A stretch of DNA of 64,000 bases from Octopus sinensis (lineage: Eukaryota): the NCBI RefSeq assembly GCF_006345805.1, contig NC_043001.1:84196001-84260000 (forward strand), given 5' to 3'. Within the stretch, counting starts at the first letter, position 1. Every line of letters starts with the position of its first letter. Below are positions 1 through 11,727 of the stretch, piece after piece. The position numbers and the translations under genes are program-made. The notes below the pieces were generated by a model. That model was given only the letters and a program-made list of their open reading frames with translations. It was not told the DNA's origin and made no database searches.

Positions 1-475
1 GTTACGTTCCAAAATCTCCCGCGATAGGTGAAAATCAGCGAAGTAGAAACAGTACTAAACTGTATATATTTTTTATCATTTTCATAATATGTATATATTT
101 ATTTTATTATAAGTGCAAAACAACACCACACACTTACCGCCCAAGTTTCGTTTTCCATATAGTATGTGCGATTCTTTGTTTACTTATCTACGGTACACTA
201 CGTATTTTCTTTTAATATATTTATTTTAATTAATGTATAATACAGTGCAGTACTGAACTCTATTTTCATTTAGCAATTTATTAATTTTTATGCGTGAAAA
301 CGTTTATTTTACCACAGAAATAATTAAAACGTAAAAAAAAAAATATATATATATAAATACCTATCGGCCACCGAAACCCGCGATATAGCGAGGAGACCGT
401 GATATAAATTTACATATATCAGGCAAAAAAATTCGCGATGTACTGAGTGCCGTGATATGGTGAGGGAGTACTGTA
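1..475. mobile_element. Tigger/pogo-like non-autonomous DNA element; left end lies just outside the window
   Basis: Starts with GTTACGTTCCAAAATCTCCCGCGATAGGTGAAAATC, typical of Tigger-type subterminal sequence. Ends with GATATGGTGAGGGAGTACTG followed by TA (474-475). Confidence 0.6.
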
Positions 476-671
476 TTTGGAAAATCAGAGCAATTGTCGG
501 TAACTTTCAAGGACCACAAAATGTTGATAAACTAGGGGACATACAAAGCATTACAATGGTCAATCTACCTATACACAAACGGCATAAAAACTATAAAGTT
601 TTGTTATACAGTAATAGATCTATATTTGTTTAACTCATTTGATACCAAGCTGCATATATTAGACAGAAAAA

Positions 672-728
672 TCCGCGATGTACTGAGTGCGCGATAGGTG
701 AACCGCGATATGGCGAGGGAGTACTGTA
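672..728. mobile_element. Second Tigger-like right terminus
   Basis: CGCGATGTACTGAGTGCGCGATAGGTGAACCGCGATATGGCGAGGGAGTACTG-TA; closely resembles 434-475. Confidence 0.6.
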
Positions 729-1136
729 CAACAATCACCCAATATTCTGGAAGGATACATCTCGTACAACATGAACTATACAAGATTAAGGCGCAATGAA
801 ATGACACAACTTGCATTACACACACACCACGTACAACAAAACACAGATTAATATAACAAGATTCACGATACCAAACCTCGTAACAAAACAAAAGTGATGC
901 AGTAAACCAACAGGAAGAGTCTACACACGCCCCAGTTTCCAGTATAAATGTGATGTTGCACACACACACACACACAAGCGACGAATAGGTGCACCAATTG
1001 ATGCAGTAGAAACTAGCAGGAAGCTACTGAAGAAAAAAATCAACAACAACAAAAAGAACCTAACGTACTCATGATTACGATGACATTGGCAACAGCGTAG
1101 ATAATGATGAGATGATGATAAGGAGGAACATGGGAA

Positions 1137-1184
<48 letters not shown>

Positions 1185-1489
1185 GAGGAGGAGGAGGAGG
1201 AGGTTGATGATGATGATAGTGTTTATAATCTCAATTTAGCGTGACATGTTTTCTACGAGCAGGCTGACTTCCATAATATTCTTATAAAGGTGCAATCTAC
1301 ACTGTCTGGAGCCTTGCCAAACAAGATTGTTCACCTCCTGAAATATATATATATATATACGCACACACACATACACACACACACACTCTCTCTCTCTCTA
1401 TATATATATAGCCTCTCTGTATATAGCCTTGTGAGTGGATTTTGTAGACGGAAACTGAAAGAAGCTCGTCTTATATATGTATATATATA

Positions 1490-2761
1490 CGAAGGGCGTT
1501 CAATAAGTAATGCCCCTGACCCACCTCCCATAGCAGTAGAGCAACGAAACTTGGCACAGTTATTAGTCTTTTTCTATATAGGAACCACCCAGAGTTACGC
1601 ATTTCTCCCATTGTTTGATGCAGGTCTGGAGACCATTTTCGTAGAAGACCCCAGCTTGGTCCTCCAACCACGACGTGACTTCAGAAATCAAGGCTGCATC
1701 ATCTGGGAAACGCTTTCCTTTCAAAAACAACTTCATGGCTGGGAAGAAGTGAAAATCAGAGGGTGCAAGGTCATGAGAGTAGGGGGGATGGGGGAGGAGT
1801 CCATAGCCGTACGCCTGTGCTTCTGATCTGGCGACACGCGAGTTGTGGACCGGAGCGTTGTCCTGCAGGAGGAGGATGCCTTTGCTGATCTTGCCCCGCC
1901 TCTTGATTTTGATAGCTTCTCTTAATTTCCTCAAAAGTGAAGCATGATAGGCTCCTGTAATTGTGGTACCCTTTGTCAGGAAATCTGTCATCACTACTCC
2001 GTCCTGGTCCCAGAAGACTGTGAGCATGACCTTGCCAGCGGAGGGCTGCACCCTTGCCTTCTTTGGAGGAGGTGAGTCACGGTGCTTCCACTGCATTGAC
2101 TGGGCTTTGGTCTCTGGATCATAGTGATGGACCCAGGTTTCATCCTGTGTAATCAGTCTTTCGAAAAATTTTGACTCATCTTCTTGGCACATCTTCAAAT
2201 GTATCCTCGAGCTCTCGACGCGTTCTTGCTTTTGGAAAGGTGTGAGCAACCTGGGAATCCATCTGGCAGACACCTTTTGCATATGCAAATGGTCATGAAT
2301 GATAGTTTCCACAGAACCGGTACTAATCTTGACCTCATGGGTTATTTGGCGAATAATTATGCGTCGAGCTTCCAAAATGGGTGCCTCAACTTGACGGACA
2401 GATGCCTCATCAATGGCAAAAGGGGGGCGACCAGATCTGGGAGCTATTTCCACAGAGTTCCGACCATGTTTGAATTTACGATGCCAGCGTTTTACAAGGT
2501 CATATGATGGGGCATCATCACCATAAGTTACTTTCATTTCATCAAAAGTCTTCCGTGGTGTGCGTCCTTTCAAATATAAAAGCCGGATCACTACTCGACA
2601 CTCAACAGGCTCCATTTCACACTTGACTCAGTTCAAACACCAGTTCAGAGCTGTAATTTGCCACTTAATCTATAAAGATATCAATAATTGCACATGCAAA
2701 ATTTCAGCTAGATCAAACAACTGCAAGTGGGTCAGAGGCATTACTTATTGAACGTCCCTCG
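1490..2761 (-). mobile_element. Full-length mariner transposon (irritans/Himar1-like), 1272 bp
   Basis: TIRs of about 33 bp (CGAAGGGCGTTCAATAAGTAATGCCCCTGACCC vs CGAGGGACGTTCAATAAGTAATGCCTCTGACCC, 3 mismatches), TA on both sides, internal 350-aa ORF. Confidence 0.95.
1563..2615 (-). CDS. Mariner DD34D transposase, uninterrupted ORF
   Basis: HTH N-terminus with RSGRP, WIPRLL motif, ITQDETW (D1), LLQDNAPVH (D2), YSHDLAPSD (D3); 34 residues counted between D2 and D3. Confidence 0.95.
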   Translation of the reverse strand: MEPVECRVVIRLLYLKGRTPRKTFDEMKVTYGDDAPSYDLVKRWHRKFKHGRNSVEIAPRSGRPPFAIDEASVRQVEAPILEARRIIIRQITHEVKISTGSVETIIHDHLHMQKVSARWIPRLLTPFQKQERVESSRIHLKMCQEDESKFFERLITQDETWVHHYDPETKAQSMQWKHRDSPPPKKARVQPSAGKVMLTVFWDQDGVVMTDFLTKGTTITGAYHASLLRKLREAIKIKRRGKISKGILLLQDNAPVHNSRVARSEAQAYGYGLLPHPPYSHDLAPSDFHFFPAMKLFLKGKRFPDDAALISEVTSWLEDQAGVFYENGLQTCIKQWEKCVTLGGSYIEKD

Positions 2762-3002
2762 TATGTATGTGTTTGTGTATATGTTTGTGTGTCTGTGTTT
2801 GTCCCCCCACCCAACATCGCTTGACAACCGGTGCAGGTGTGTTTACGTCCCAGTAACTTAGCGGTTAGGCAAAAGAGAACCGATTGAATGAGTACTAGGC
2901 TTACAAAGAATAAGTCCTGGGGTCGATTTGGTCGACTAAAGGAGGTGCTCAGGCATGGCCACAGTCTAAATGACTGAAACAAGTAAAAGAGTAAAAAGAG
3001 TA

Positions 3003-3542
3003 TCTATCTATCTATCCGCTCAGTCGAAGTCGACTCTCGGTTACTCGTTGGATCAGTGTCCTCCAGTCAGTTCTATCCTGGGCCGCTTCTTTCAGATTGG
3101 CTACGTCCATTCCGGTATCCCACTTGATGGTGTCAAGCCAGCAGGTTCTTGGTCGACCTCTTCCTCTCTTGCCACTGACCATTCCGAGCATGGTGTCCTT
3201 CTCCAGGGAATTTCTCCGCATAGCGTGACCGAAATATGCCAATCTATGCTTGGTGATCCTAGCTTCTAGCGACATTTTCGGCCTGATCTGCTTAAGAATT
3301 TCTCCATTGGTGAGCCTCGCTGTCCATGCAATCCGTAAAAGTCTTCTCGAACACCAAAGCTCGAATGCATTAATTCTCTTCTAGTCAGCTTTCTTTAGTG
3401 TCCAGGTCTCGCATCCATATGTTGCTATTGGGAAGACAATTGCATTCACCAATCTGCATTTGGTAGCGAGTCTGATGTCTCTATTCTTCCAGACCCTGCT
3501 CATGCTGACCATTGCTTCTCTGCCTAGTACTCTGCCTAGTAC
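3003..3542 (-). mobile_element. 5'-truncated RTE-clade LINE with (GATA)n tail and 19-bp TSD
   Basis: Translation VFPIATYGCETWTLKKAD*KRINAFELWC...LAYFGHAMRRNSLEKDTMLGMVSGKRGRGRPRTCWLDTIK. TSD TAAAAGAGTAAAAAGAGTA at 2984-3002 and 3543-3561. Confidence 0.9.
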
Positions 3543-4004
3543 TAAAAGAGTAAAAAGAGTATATATGTTTGTATATAAAAAGTGAAGAATGGAGTATATG
3601 GCATATTTACTCCGTATCTTACAAATCTTTCAACAACACGCAGGTGACCAATCAGACATTACATCTATAGATAAAAATGACAGATTTTCTGTTTGTTTAA
3701 AATCTAAATTTCTATAGAAGAAATTTTCCGTATTAACATTTCTGATAGCTGTCCAGCTCGTGAGTGCTACCTACTATTTCACAAACTGCTCTAATTGATA
3801 TAACTAAGGCTTGGTCCACCTGATTTTATTTTCTTGTAACATTCTTAATAATTGCACATTTTTTAACGAAATTTTAGATACGCATTCCAAGGTGTAGTTA
3901 CAAAGTTGCGGAGGAAGGTATTATTTAAGTTTAAAGACTGTTAATCGAATATATAAAAAAAGGCCGCGTGAGGTAAAGGCCTGGATTATCTAATCCCTCT
4001 CGCT

Positions 4005-4010
4005 TATCTG

Positions 4011-4105
<95 letters not shown>

Positions 4106-4179
4106 CTTTCTCTCTGGATGTCTGTCTCCCTGTCTGTCTGTCCGTCCGTCCGTCCGTCCGTCCGTCTGTCTGTCTGTCC

Positions 4180-4215
<36 letters not shown>
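4005..4215. repeat. Compound microsatellite (ATCT)n/(GTCC)n/(GTCT)n
   Basis: Read directly from the sequence. Confidence 0.95.
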
Positions 4216-4216
<1 letters not shown>

Positions 4217-4261
4217 GATATCTAGCTGTTTGTCTATAATGGCAGAATATGGAGATATATT

Positions 4262-4413
4262 TGGGTGCAGGTAAGAAGCTTGCTTCCCAACCACATGGTC
4301 CCAGGTTCAGTCCAACTGTGTGACACCTTAGGCAAGTATCTCCTACTATAGCCTTGGGCCGACCAAAGCCTTGTGAGTGGATTTAGTAGACGGAAACTGA
4401 AAGAAGCACGTCG

Positions 4414-4482
<69 letters not shown>

Positions 4483-4730
4483 CTGCATGTTCGTGTGTGT
4501 CAGTGTGTGTGTAGGCGTGTATTTGTGTTTGTACTTGTCTCCCACCACTTCTTGCCAATTGGTGTTTACTATCTTGACTTTGCGTTTCAGCAAAAGAGAC
4601 CGATAGAATAAGTGCCAGGCTTAAAAAGAAAATAAACACTGGGGTCGATAAATTCCATTAAAAATTCCTCAAGGCGAAGCCCAAGCATGGCCGCAGTCTA
4701 ATGACTGAAAAAAGTAAAAGATATAAGAAT
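4262..4730 (+). mobile_element. SINE family A copy
   Basis: tRNA-like head remnant, CORE-like GACACCTTAGGCAAGT, internal (TA)/(GT)n, 3' ATGACTGAAA tail. Confidence 0.85.
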
Positions 4731-4751
4731 ATATATTTATATATATATATA

Positions 4752-5146
4752 TTCTTTTATTCTTGTATTTGTTTCAGTGATTTGACTGCGGCCATGCTGG
4801 AGCACCCCCTTTTTATCGAACAAATCGACCCCAGGACTTATTCTTTGTAAGCTTAGTATTTATTCTAACGGTCTCTTTTGCCGAACCGCTAAGTTACGGG
4901 GACATAAATACACCAACATCGTTTGTCAAGTGATGGTGGTGGTGGGTCAAACACAGACAACACATACACACACACACTCACATGCAACAGGCTTCTTTCA
5001 GCTCCGTCTACCAAATTTCCTCACAAGGCTTTGGTCGGCACGAAGCTATAGAACAAGATACTTTCCCAAGGTGCCACGCAGTGGGACTGAACCTAGAACC
5101 ATGTGGTTGGTAAGCAGGCAACTTACCACTCAGCCACTGGCCACTA
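4752..5146 (-). mobile_element. SINE family A copy, inverted relative to 4262-4730
   Basis: Reverse complement of the family A sequence, including head (CAGCCACT) and tail (TTTCAGT). Confidence 0.85.
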
Positions 5147-5183
5147 TATACAAACGCTCAAACCTAGTCTATGTATTTGACAG

Positions 5184-5306
5184 ATATCAACGAATGTGAA
5201 CATCAAAACGGCGGCTGCTCTCAACTGTGTCATAATCTTATTGGAACCCATTTTTGCAGTTGCCAGAATGGCTATCATCTGCAGACTGACATGAAAACAT
5301 GTGAAG
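5184..5306 (+). CDS. Exon A: Ca-binding EGF domain of an EGF/chitin-binding protein
   Basis: tttgacag|...G|gtaaga, 123 nt, phase 1-1. [41 protein letters not shown]: 6 Cys and the D-I-N-E-C consensus. Confidence 0.93.
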
Positions 5307-5329
5307 GTAAGATTCAAATTTTGAACGTG

Positions 5330-6060
5330 TTGGTTAATATTGTTTTGACCTTTATTGCTTTGTTGGCAATCATTGTGACCTTTACTAACACTTTTGGTTA
5401 TCATTGTCACCTTTACTTATCATGTTAGTTTATGATTTAACCTTTAGTTACCTCGTTGGTTATTCCTATAACGTTTACTAACCCAAATGATTATCGCAGT
5501 AACCTCTCTTGACGATGGATATTACTACGACCTTTCCTGAAATTGACTACCACTAATTTTGGCTGTCTCTGTGAAATTGACTACCACTGATTTTGGCTGT
5601 CTCTGTGAAATTTACTGACGTTGTTAGTTATAGCTGTGACACTTACTGATCTTGAATATCGCTGTGACCTCTGCTGACCTTTCATAGTGCTACGTCCTTT
5701 TACTGACCTTGTAGGATATCAATGATCGTCATTGACCCTGTTAGTTATTACTGAGACCTCTGCTGATCTTAGACATTGCTGTGACTTTATCGGTCTCGTT
5801 GGTTATTGCTGTGACTTTTACTGATCGCGTTAATCTTAACTGTGACGTTTACTAACTTCATTAATTATCGCGGTTACTTCTACTGACCTTGGAGATCACC
5901 TTTAGTGATTGATGTTATTGCTGTGACTTTTATAGTCGTTGTTGGTTACGCTGTGACCTTTGTTGACCTTGGATATTGTTGCAGCGTTTGGTGATTCATT
6001 TATCGCTTTGACTATTACTGACCTTGTTGGTTACGTTGGTTATGTGACCTTTACTGCTTA
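5330..6060. repeat. Degenerate intronic minisatellite (GCTGTGACCTTTACTGACC-like units) with an exact 34-bp duplication
   Basis: Recurring TGTGAC(C/T)TT(T)ACT motif. The unit TGAAATTGACTACCACT(A/G)ATTTTGGCTGTCTCTG starts at 5538, 5572 and 5606. Confidence 0.75.
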
Positions 6061-6173
6061 TTTCAGAGAAAGAAATGCGCGGGTAAAAATTTTAGTACAA
6101 TTATAAGGTAGCAAGTTGTTATTTGGTGGAGACATTGATGTGTGGTAAAGGCGATCGCTTCGCAGCAACTACG

Positions 6174-6211
<38 letters not shown>

Positions 6212-6289
6212 GAAATATTAAAATTACTAAGTCTCTATAAAAGAGATTATGGCAGCGTTTACTGGAAATTAATTGTTATCGCCATATTA

Positions 6290-6405
<116 letters not shown>

Positions 6406-6883
6406 TAGCTATGTAGTTAAGAAATTTTATCGCAACCGTGTGATTCCTAGTTCGATCCCACAATACAGCACACCTGAGGCAAGTATCTTCCGTAATTTGA
6501 CTAATTGTGTGTAGAATTTAGTAGAATGAAACCGTGCAACATATACACGTTAGCTATATGGTTTAAGAAGTTTTATTCGCAACCATGTGGATCCTAGTTC
6601 GACCCCACGCTGCAGCACACCTGAAGCAAATGTCTTCTGCAATGACATTGGATTTGACTAATAATTTATACGTAGACTTCGTCGCCTCTTCATCAGTATC
6701 ATCATCTTTTCTGTCCTTCTCATTATAGTCACATCATACTTTGTACCGTCTGCATAATTCTCCCTTTCGTTATTATTCCCCTCTCTATTATTTCCCTTCC
6801 TTTCCATCATATCTTCTCATCTGGCTCCTCATCATTAGAATCCTTACCAAGTTAGTCTTACGAAAATAATGGAATCCTTTCAG

Positions 6884-7006
6884 ATGTCAACGAATGTTTA
6901 ATGAATAATGGAGGATGTAGCCAGCTATGTTACAATCAACCTGGATCGTTTGTTTGTTCCTGTGTCCATGGTTTCCAGTTGAGCAAGGATAGCGCCTCAT
7001 GTGAAG
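6884..7006 (+). CDS. Exon B: Ca-binding EGF domain
   Basis: cctttcag|...G|gtaaga, 123 nt, phase 1-1. [41 protein letters not shown]. Absent from the ORF track. Confidence 0.93.
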
Positions 7007-7315
7007 GTAAGAGAACTTTTCATTTCTTTCGTTTCATTCAAACTTTTTGCTTTCTTCAGTAAACGAAACATAGGTGATGTATAGCAACATCAGGAATTCA
7101 GAGAAAATGGCTTATATTGCTTAGCTCAATTCACTTTCCATTACGAGGGTGAACCACATCTAAAATATTTTGTTGTCTTATTCCTCAGACGTCGATAAAA
7201 TAATAACCAGTCAGTTGCATCCGAAATGAATAATTTTCGAATTACTAACGTTATTTTAGAGAAGAAATATTTTTCAATGTTCATTGTTAATCTCTACGTT
7301 CCGGATAATCATCAA

Positions 7316-7430
7316 CTGTGGTTCAGTCCCACTACGTAGCACCTTGAGCAAGTGTATCCCACTGTAGATCCGAACCGACCAAAGCCCTGTGAGTGGATTT
7401 GGTAGACGGAAACTGAAAGACGCCCGTCAT

Positions 7431-7469
<39 letters not shown>

Positions 7470-7690
7470 ACACATGTATGTGTATCTGTGTTTGACTCAT
7501 CCCATCATTGCATGACGACCAATGCTGGTGTGTTTACGACCCCGTAACTTAGCGGTTGGGCATATGAGATGATAGAATAAGTACTAGGCTTACAAAGAAT
7601 AAGTCCTAGGGTCGATTTCTTCGACTAAAGGCGTTGCTCCAGTATGGCCGCAGTCAAATGACTGAAACAAGTAAAAAGGGAAAAGAGATA
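7316..7690 (+). mobile_element. SINE family A copy
   Basis: Matches the family A body and tail. Confidence 0.85.
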
Positions 7691-7775
7691 TATAACACAA
7701 TGAAGATTAGAAATGTATTTATATATATATATATATATATATGTATATACATTCAATTATATATACATTCAAATG

Positions 7776-7834
<59 letters not shown>

Positions 7835-7901
7835 GTTGTGTGTGTGTTTGAGTGTGTGTGTATATATGTATTTAAATATACCTTTTCATTTCTATCTCTC
7901 A

Positions 7902-7960
<59 letters not shown>

Positions 7961-8695
7961 CATATATATTATGCGTGTGTGTGAATGCTTGTGTAAATGT
8001 GTGTGCATATATGTATAGGTGTGTATAGATAAGAACATAAACATGCGTGTATGCATATATATATTTATGCGTGTATGAATCAACATGCATACTACACACA
8101 CACTCTCTTCCCCCATGCACATACCACACACACTGCACATACACATATATATTATGCTTAACACTCATATTCCCATGCGTACACATGTACACATAAATGT
8201 GTATACGTATGAGTATGAATGTATCCATACATATATACATACATACGTACGTACATACATACATACGTACGTACATACATACATACATACATACATACAT
8301 ACATACATACATACATACATCATACATACATACATACAAGAATATATACCTACAGGAAGGGCAACACAATATAATATATATAGTTGCAATTATACTAATC
8401 TGTCGTACATCCAAATTTGGCCAACTACGATTTTTCAGCATTTATTTTTGCTTGCAATAGCCGGTTCTTTTGGTCAAACTATTGTATCTTCAGCTACTTC
8501 AGATACGAAGATATGAAAATTGTTAAAGTGTAGTGCAACGGTTTAGCATTTTTCAAAAGTGTAGTATGTCCCACTTACGACAGTTTTGCAAAAATATTTC
8601 TGACTGAAAATATCATACAATCACGTACGCACACACACGCACGCACGCATACGCACGCGCACCCACATACACACACGCATATATACATACGCATC

Positions 8696-8925
8696 AGGCG
8701 GCGAGCTGGCAGAACCGTTAGCATGCCGGGCGAAATGCGTAGCCGTATTTTGTCTGCCGTAACGTTCTGAGTTCAAATTCCGCCGAGGTCGACTTTGCCT
8801 TTCATCCTTTCGGGGTCGATAAATTAAGTACCAGTTACGCACTGGGGTCGATGTAATCAACTTAATTCGTTTGTCTGTCCTTGTTTGTCCCCTCTATGTT
8901 TAGCCCCTTGTGGGTAATAAAGAAA
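8696..8925 (+). mobile_element. SINE family B (OR1/MetaSINE-like)
   Basis: AGGCGGCGAGCTGGCAG head, GAGTTCAAAT B-box, central GCCTTTCATCCTTTCGGGGTCGATAAATTAAGTACCAG resembling the Meta domain. Confidence 0.85.
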
Positions 8926-9630
8926 CATATATACATACGCATGTGCACTCATTCACACATATACACACACACGCATTCCATATATACGCTTCTAACATTT
9001 ACTCAGTATACATTAATATGCATATGAGAAATAATTTACATCAATGTGTAAACATTTATCTCATCTTTATATCTGTGATAGGCAATTCATATATTTATAT
9101 ATTCATATATTTAGGAAAAGGAATTGATATTACCTCTTGGTATAGCTGTTGACATCTCCACTTTTACATATTCATCGTGTTCATCTACGAGAAAAAATTC
9201 TGTCTATTTTAGAATACATTAGTTTAACTAGCAAACGATTAAGTAATATGATTATATAAGTGTATATATAAGTTCACAAATATACATTGCCAAGAAAAAC
9301 CTCAGAGATTTAAAAAGTGAATGTGTGGATGTACTGAAAAATATTAGACAAATATTTATCTGAGATACCGAGTGAACATATTACGAAATGGATTTGGAGA
9401 GGGTGATGTGTAACTCCTCCGTTCATCAAAACCAAAGACGGGAAGTGTGCCGTCGAAATGAAATGAAATAAATAAACAACAATACCCATGGCAGTGTCCC
9501 AGCAAGGTCACAGCTTCTTGAACAAGTAAAAGGAAAAGCATATATGTTCAGGCATGGCAAAGTAGTTACGAAGTACGTTATATATACACATGACTGACTT
9601 CTAGACTATCTATATATATAAAAGCGCACG

Positions 9631-9673
<43 letters not shown>

Positions 9674-10184
9674 ACACACACACACACACATATATTTATG
9701 CATATACAAACATTTTATATGGGACTAATTCATTCGACTAAAAGTTCTTCAAAGCGGTACCCCAGCATGGCTGCGGTCTAATGACTGAAGCAGATAAAAG
9801 ATAAAAGGGAAAAATTAAAGATGAGTCCTGGAGACGATTTGTTCGACTAAAACCATTCAGAGCAGTTCCCTCAGTATATTTGCAGTTCAATGAATAAAAG
9901 AAGTAAAAACAAACAAACAAACAACAACAACAACAAGAAAAAACCTGCAAAAAAAATTAGAAATAATACACCAATACCGATGACTCAGCCATGCCACATT
10001 CTCTTGATCGAGCAAGTAGAAGCATACATATCTGTAAATGTAAAGTTCTAGATAAGTACGTTGCTTACAGAAAACGAACTTGGCACTGACTGTTTTGTGG
10101 CCTGCTTCAGAAAACTTTTTCAACTTGAACTTCTAAACCTGCCGTTAATGCTGTTATTAATGTGTTTGTTTTTATGCTTTTCAG

Positions 10185-10307
10185 ATGTTGATGAATGTAA
10201 AGTGAACAACGGTGGCTGTAATAAGATGTGTAGGAATACTTATGGATCATATTCTTGTAACTGTCCATCTAAACATCAATTAGGCATCGATGAATCGACT
10301 TGCTGGC
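10185..10307 (+). CDS. Exon C: Ca-binding EGF domain
   Basis: ttttcag|...C|gtaagg, 123 nt, phase 1-1. [41 protein letters not shown]. Confidence 0.93.
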
Positions 10308-10439
10308 GTAAGGATATCTATTCATTCTATAATAATCTACATTAATCCCTTTTCTTTCTGTGTCTCGCCTCTTCCATTATATATATATATATATATATAT
10401 AAAGTCAGGGTAGAAAATGATAAAATAATTTTATCATAA

Positions 10440-11550
10440 AAAACATTTTAGTACCGGTTTCAGCTATTGAGACCTTTTCAACTCTAAGTATGGAAAACAA
10501 TTAAATTTTGGAAAAAATTAAATGAAGGCGCAGGAGTGGCTGTGTGGTAAGTAGCTTGTTTACCAACCACATGGTTCCAAGTTCAGTCCCACTGCGTGGC
10601 ACCTTGGGAAAGTGTCTTCTACTATAGCCTCGGGCCGACCAAAGCCTTGTGAGTGGATTTGGTAGACGGAAACTGAAAGAAGCTCGTCGTATATATGTAT
10701 ATATATATGTATGTGCGTGTATGTTTGTGTGTCTGTGTTTGTCCCCCTAGCATTGCTTGACAACCGATGTTGGTGTGTTTATGTCCCCGTCACTTAGCGG
10801 TTCGGCAAAAGAGACCGATAGAATAAGTACTGGGCTTACAAAGAATAAGTCCCAGGGTCGAGTTGGTCGATTAAAGGCGCTGCACCAGCATGGCCGCAGT
10901 CAAAATGACTGAAACAGGTAAAAAAAGAAAAAAGAGAGAAAAAAAGAAAAGTTTTTAAAAGAATAGTTGCATTGTATTCAAATACAAGGGACATTTTCCT
11001 TGTTTCTGCCTGTCTCTGTCTCTCTTTTGACATGCGTGAGGAATGTTTTTATGTAGGTATCTACAAAGTTATTGAAGCGGTCGGTTTTGCATGCGGGTCC
11101 TGCTATTATAGGTCCCAATTTAGATCACTAGGAGTAGGGAGTAGGCTGTCCGACAAAGACTACAACTATATTACCAATTTCAAAAGTAAAACTATTCAAT
11201 TCCTCGGTATTCCCAAGGTACACGAAAGTGAGAAAATAAGTAACATATTCACGAAAGTCACAGACATGATAATCAAAGTCCCTACTCCTAATGAGCTCAA
11301 CTTCCTTCCTTGACATCCACAACAAGTCACTTTCAAGGCACTTGAACATTTAGCATCCTACTACCCACAAGAGTAAACAAGAAAGATAGAGACAAGCAGA
11401 AACAAGGAAAATGCCCCTTGTATTTGAATACTATGTAGATATACTTTTAAAAAACTTTTCATTTAATTTTTCCAAAATTTAATTGTTTACCATACTTACA
11501 ATTGAAAAAGTCTCAATGATTGAAGCCGGTACTGAAATGTTTTTTTCCTT
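10440..11550 (+). mobile_element. Internally deleted Neptune-type Penelope-like element with inverted pseudo-LTRs; left pLTR interrupted by a SINE
   Basis: 10440-10526 plus 10950-11030 is the reverse complement of about 11385-11550. The internal peptide SDKDYNYITNFKSKTIQFLGIPKVH is homologous to the 27639 ORF. Confidence 0.8.
10527..10950 (+). mobile_element. SINE family A, full-length copy
   Basis: GGCGCAGGAGTGGCTGTGTGGTAAG head, B-box-like AGTTCAGTCC, full body, A-rich tail. Confidence 0.9.
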
Positions 11551-11727
11551 TTATTTAAACGTTTACTATATATATTTTACATACATACTTATTCAGATAT
11601 ATGTATTTATACATATATATATATACACATTTATATAAATAAGGACAAGATCGTTAATTTAAAAATAAAATAACGATTTTATCAAGTGGTCAGCATGGAA
11701 AAAATACCCTTCAAAGGTAATGATTAT

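Larger units (their letters stand above)
1424..3002 (+). mobile_element. SINE family A (OR2/CORE-like), headless copy split by a mariner insertion
   Basis: GCCTTGTGAGTGGATTTTGTAGACGGAAACTGAAAGAAG at 1426-1465. The 3' half (2762-3002, ending TGACTGAAACAAGTAAAAGAG) matches the other copies in the window. Confidence 0.85.

Noticed and set aside
604-975. 123-aa minus-strand ORF
   Set aside because: Overlaps a Tigger-like terminus and (CA)n; no recognisable domain.
6668-6700. Hammerhead-like CTGATGA on the minus strand
   Set aside because: No proper stem II, and GAAG rather than GAAA; too decayed to support.
7634-8516. Many ORFs rich in YI, MYVC, HT or poly-S/T/V/I repeats (also at about 14.4, 20.0, 36.4-37.3, 41.7, 43.2, 46.0, 50.6, 51.1 and 57-59 kb)
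   Set aside because: They are stop-free translations of (TA)n, (ATGT)n, (CA)n, (ACT)n and (ATT)n microsatellites.
8461-8516. Extra exon in intron B-C (GSFGQTIVSSATSDTKI*)
   Set aside because: Plausible acceptor, but no donor before the stop and no domain similarity.
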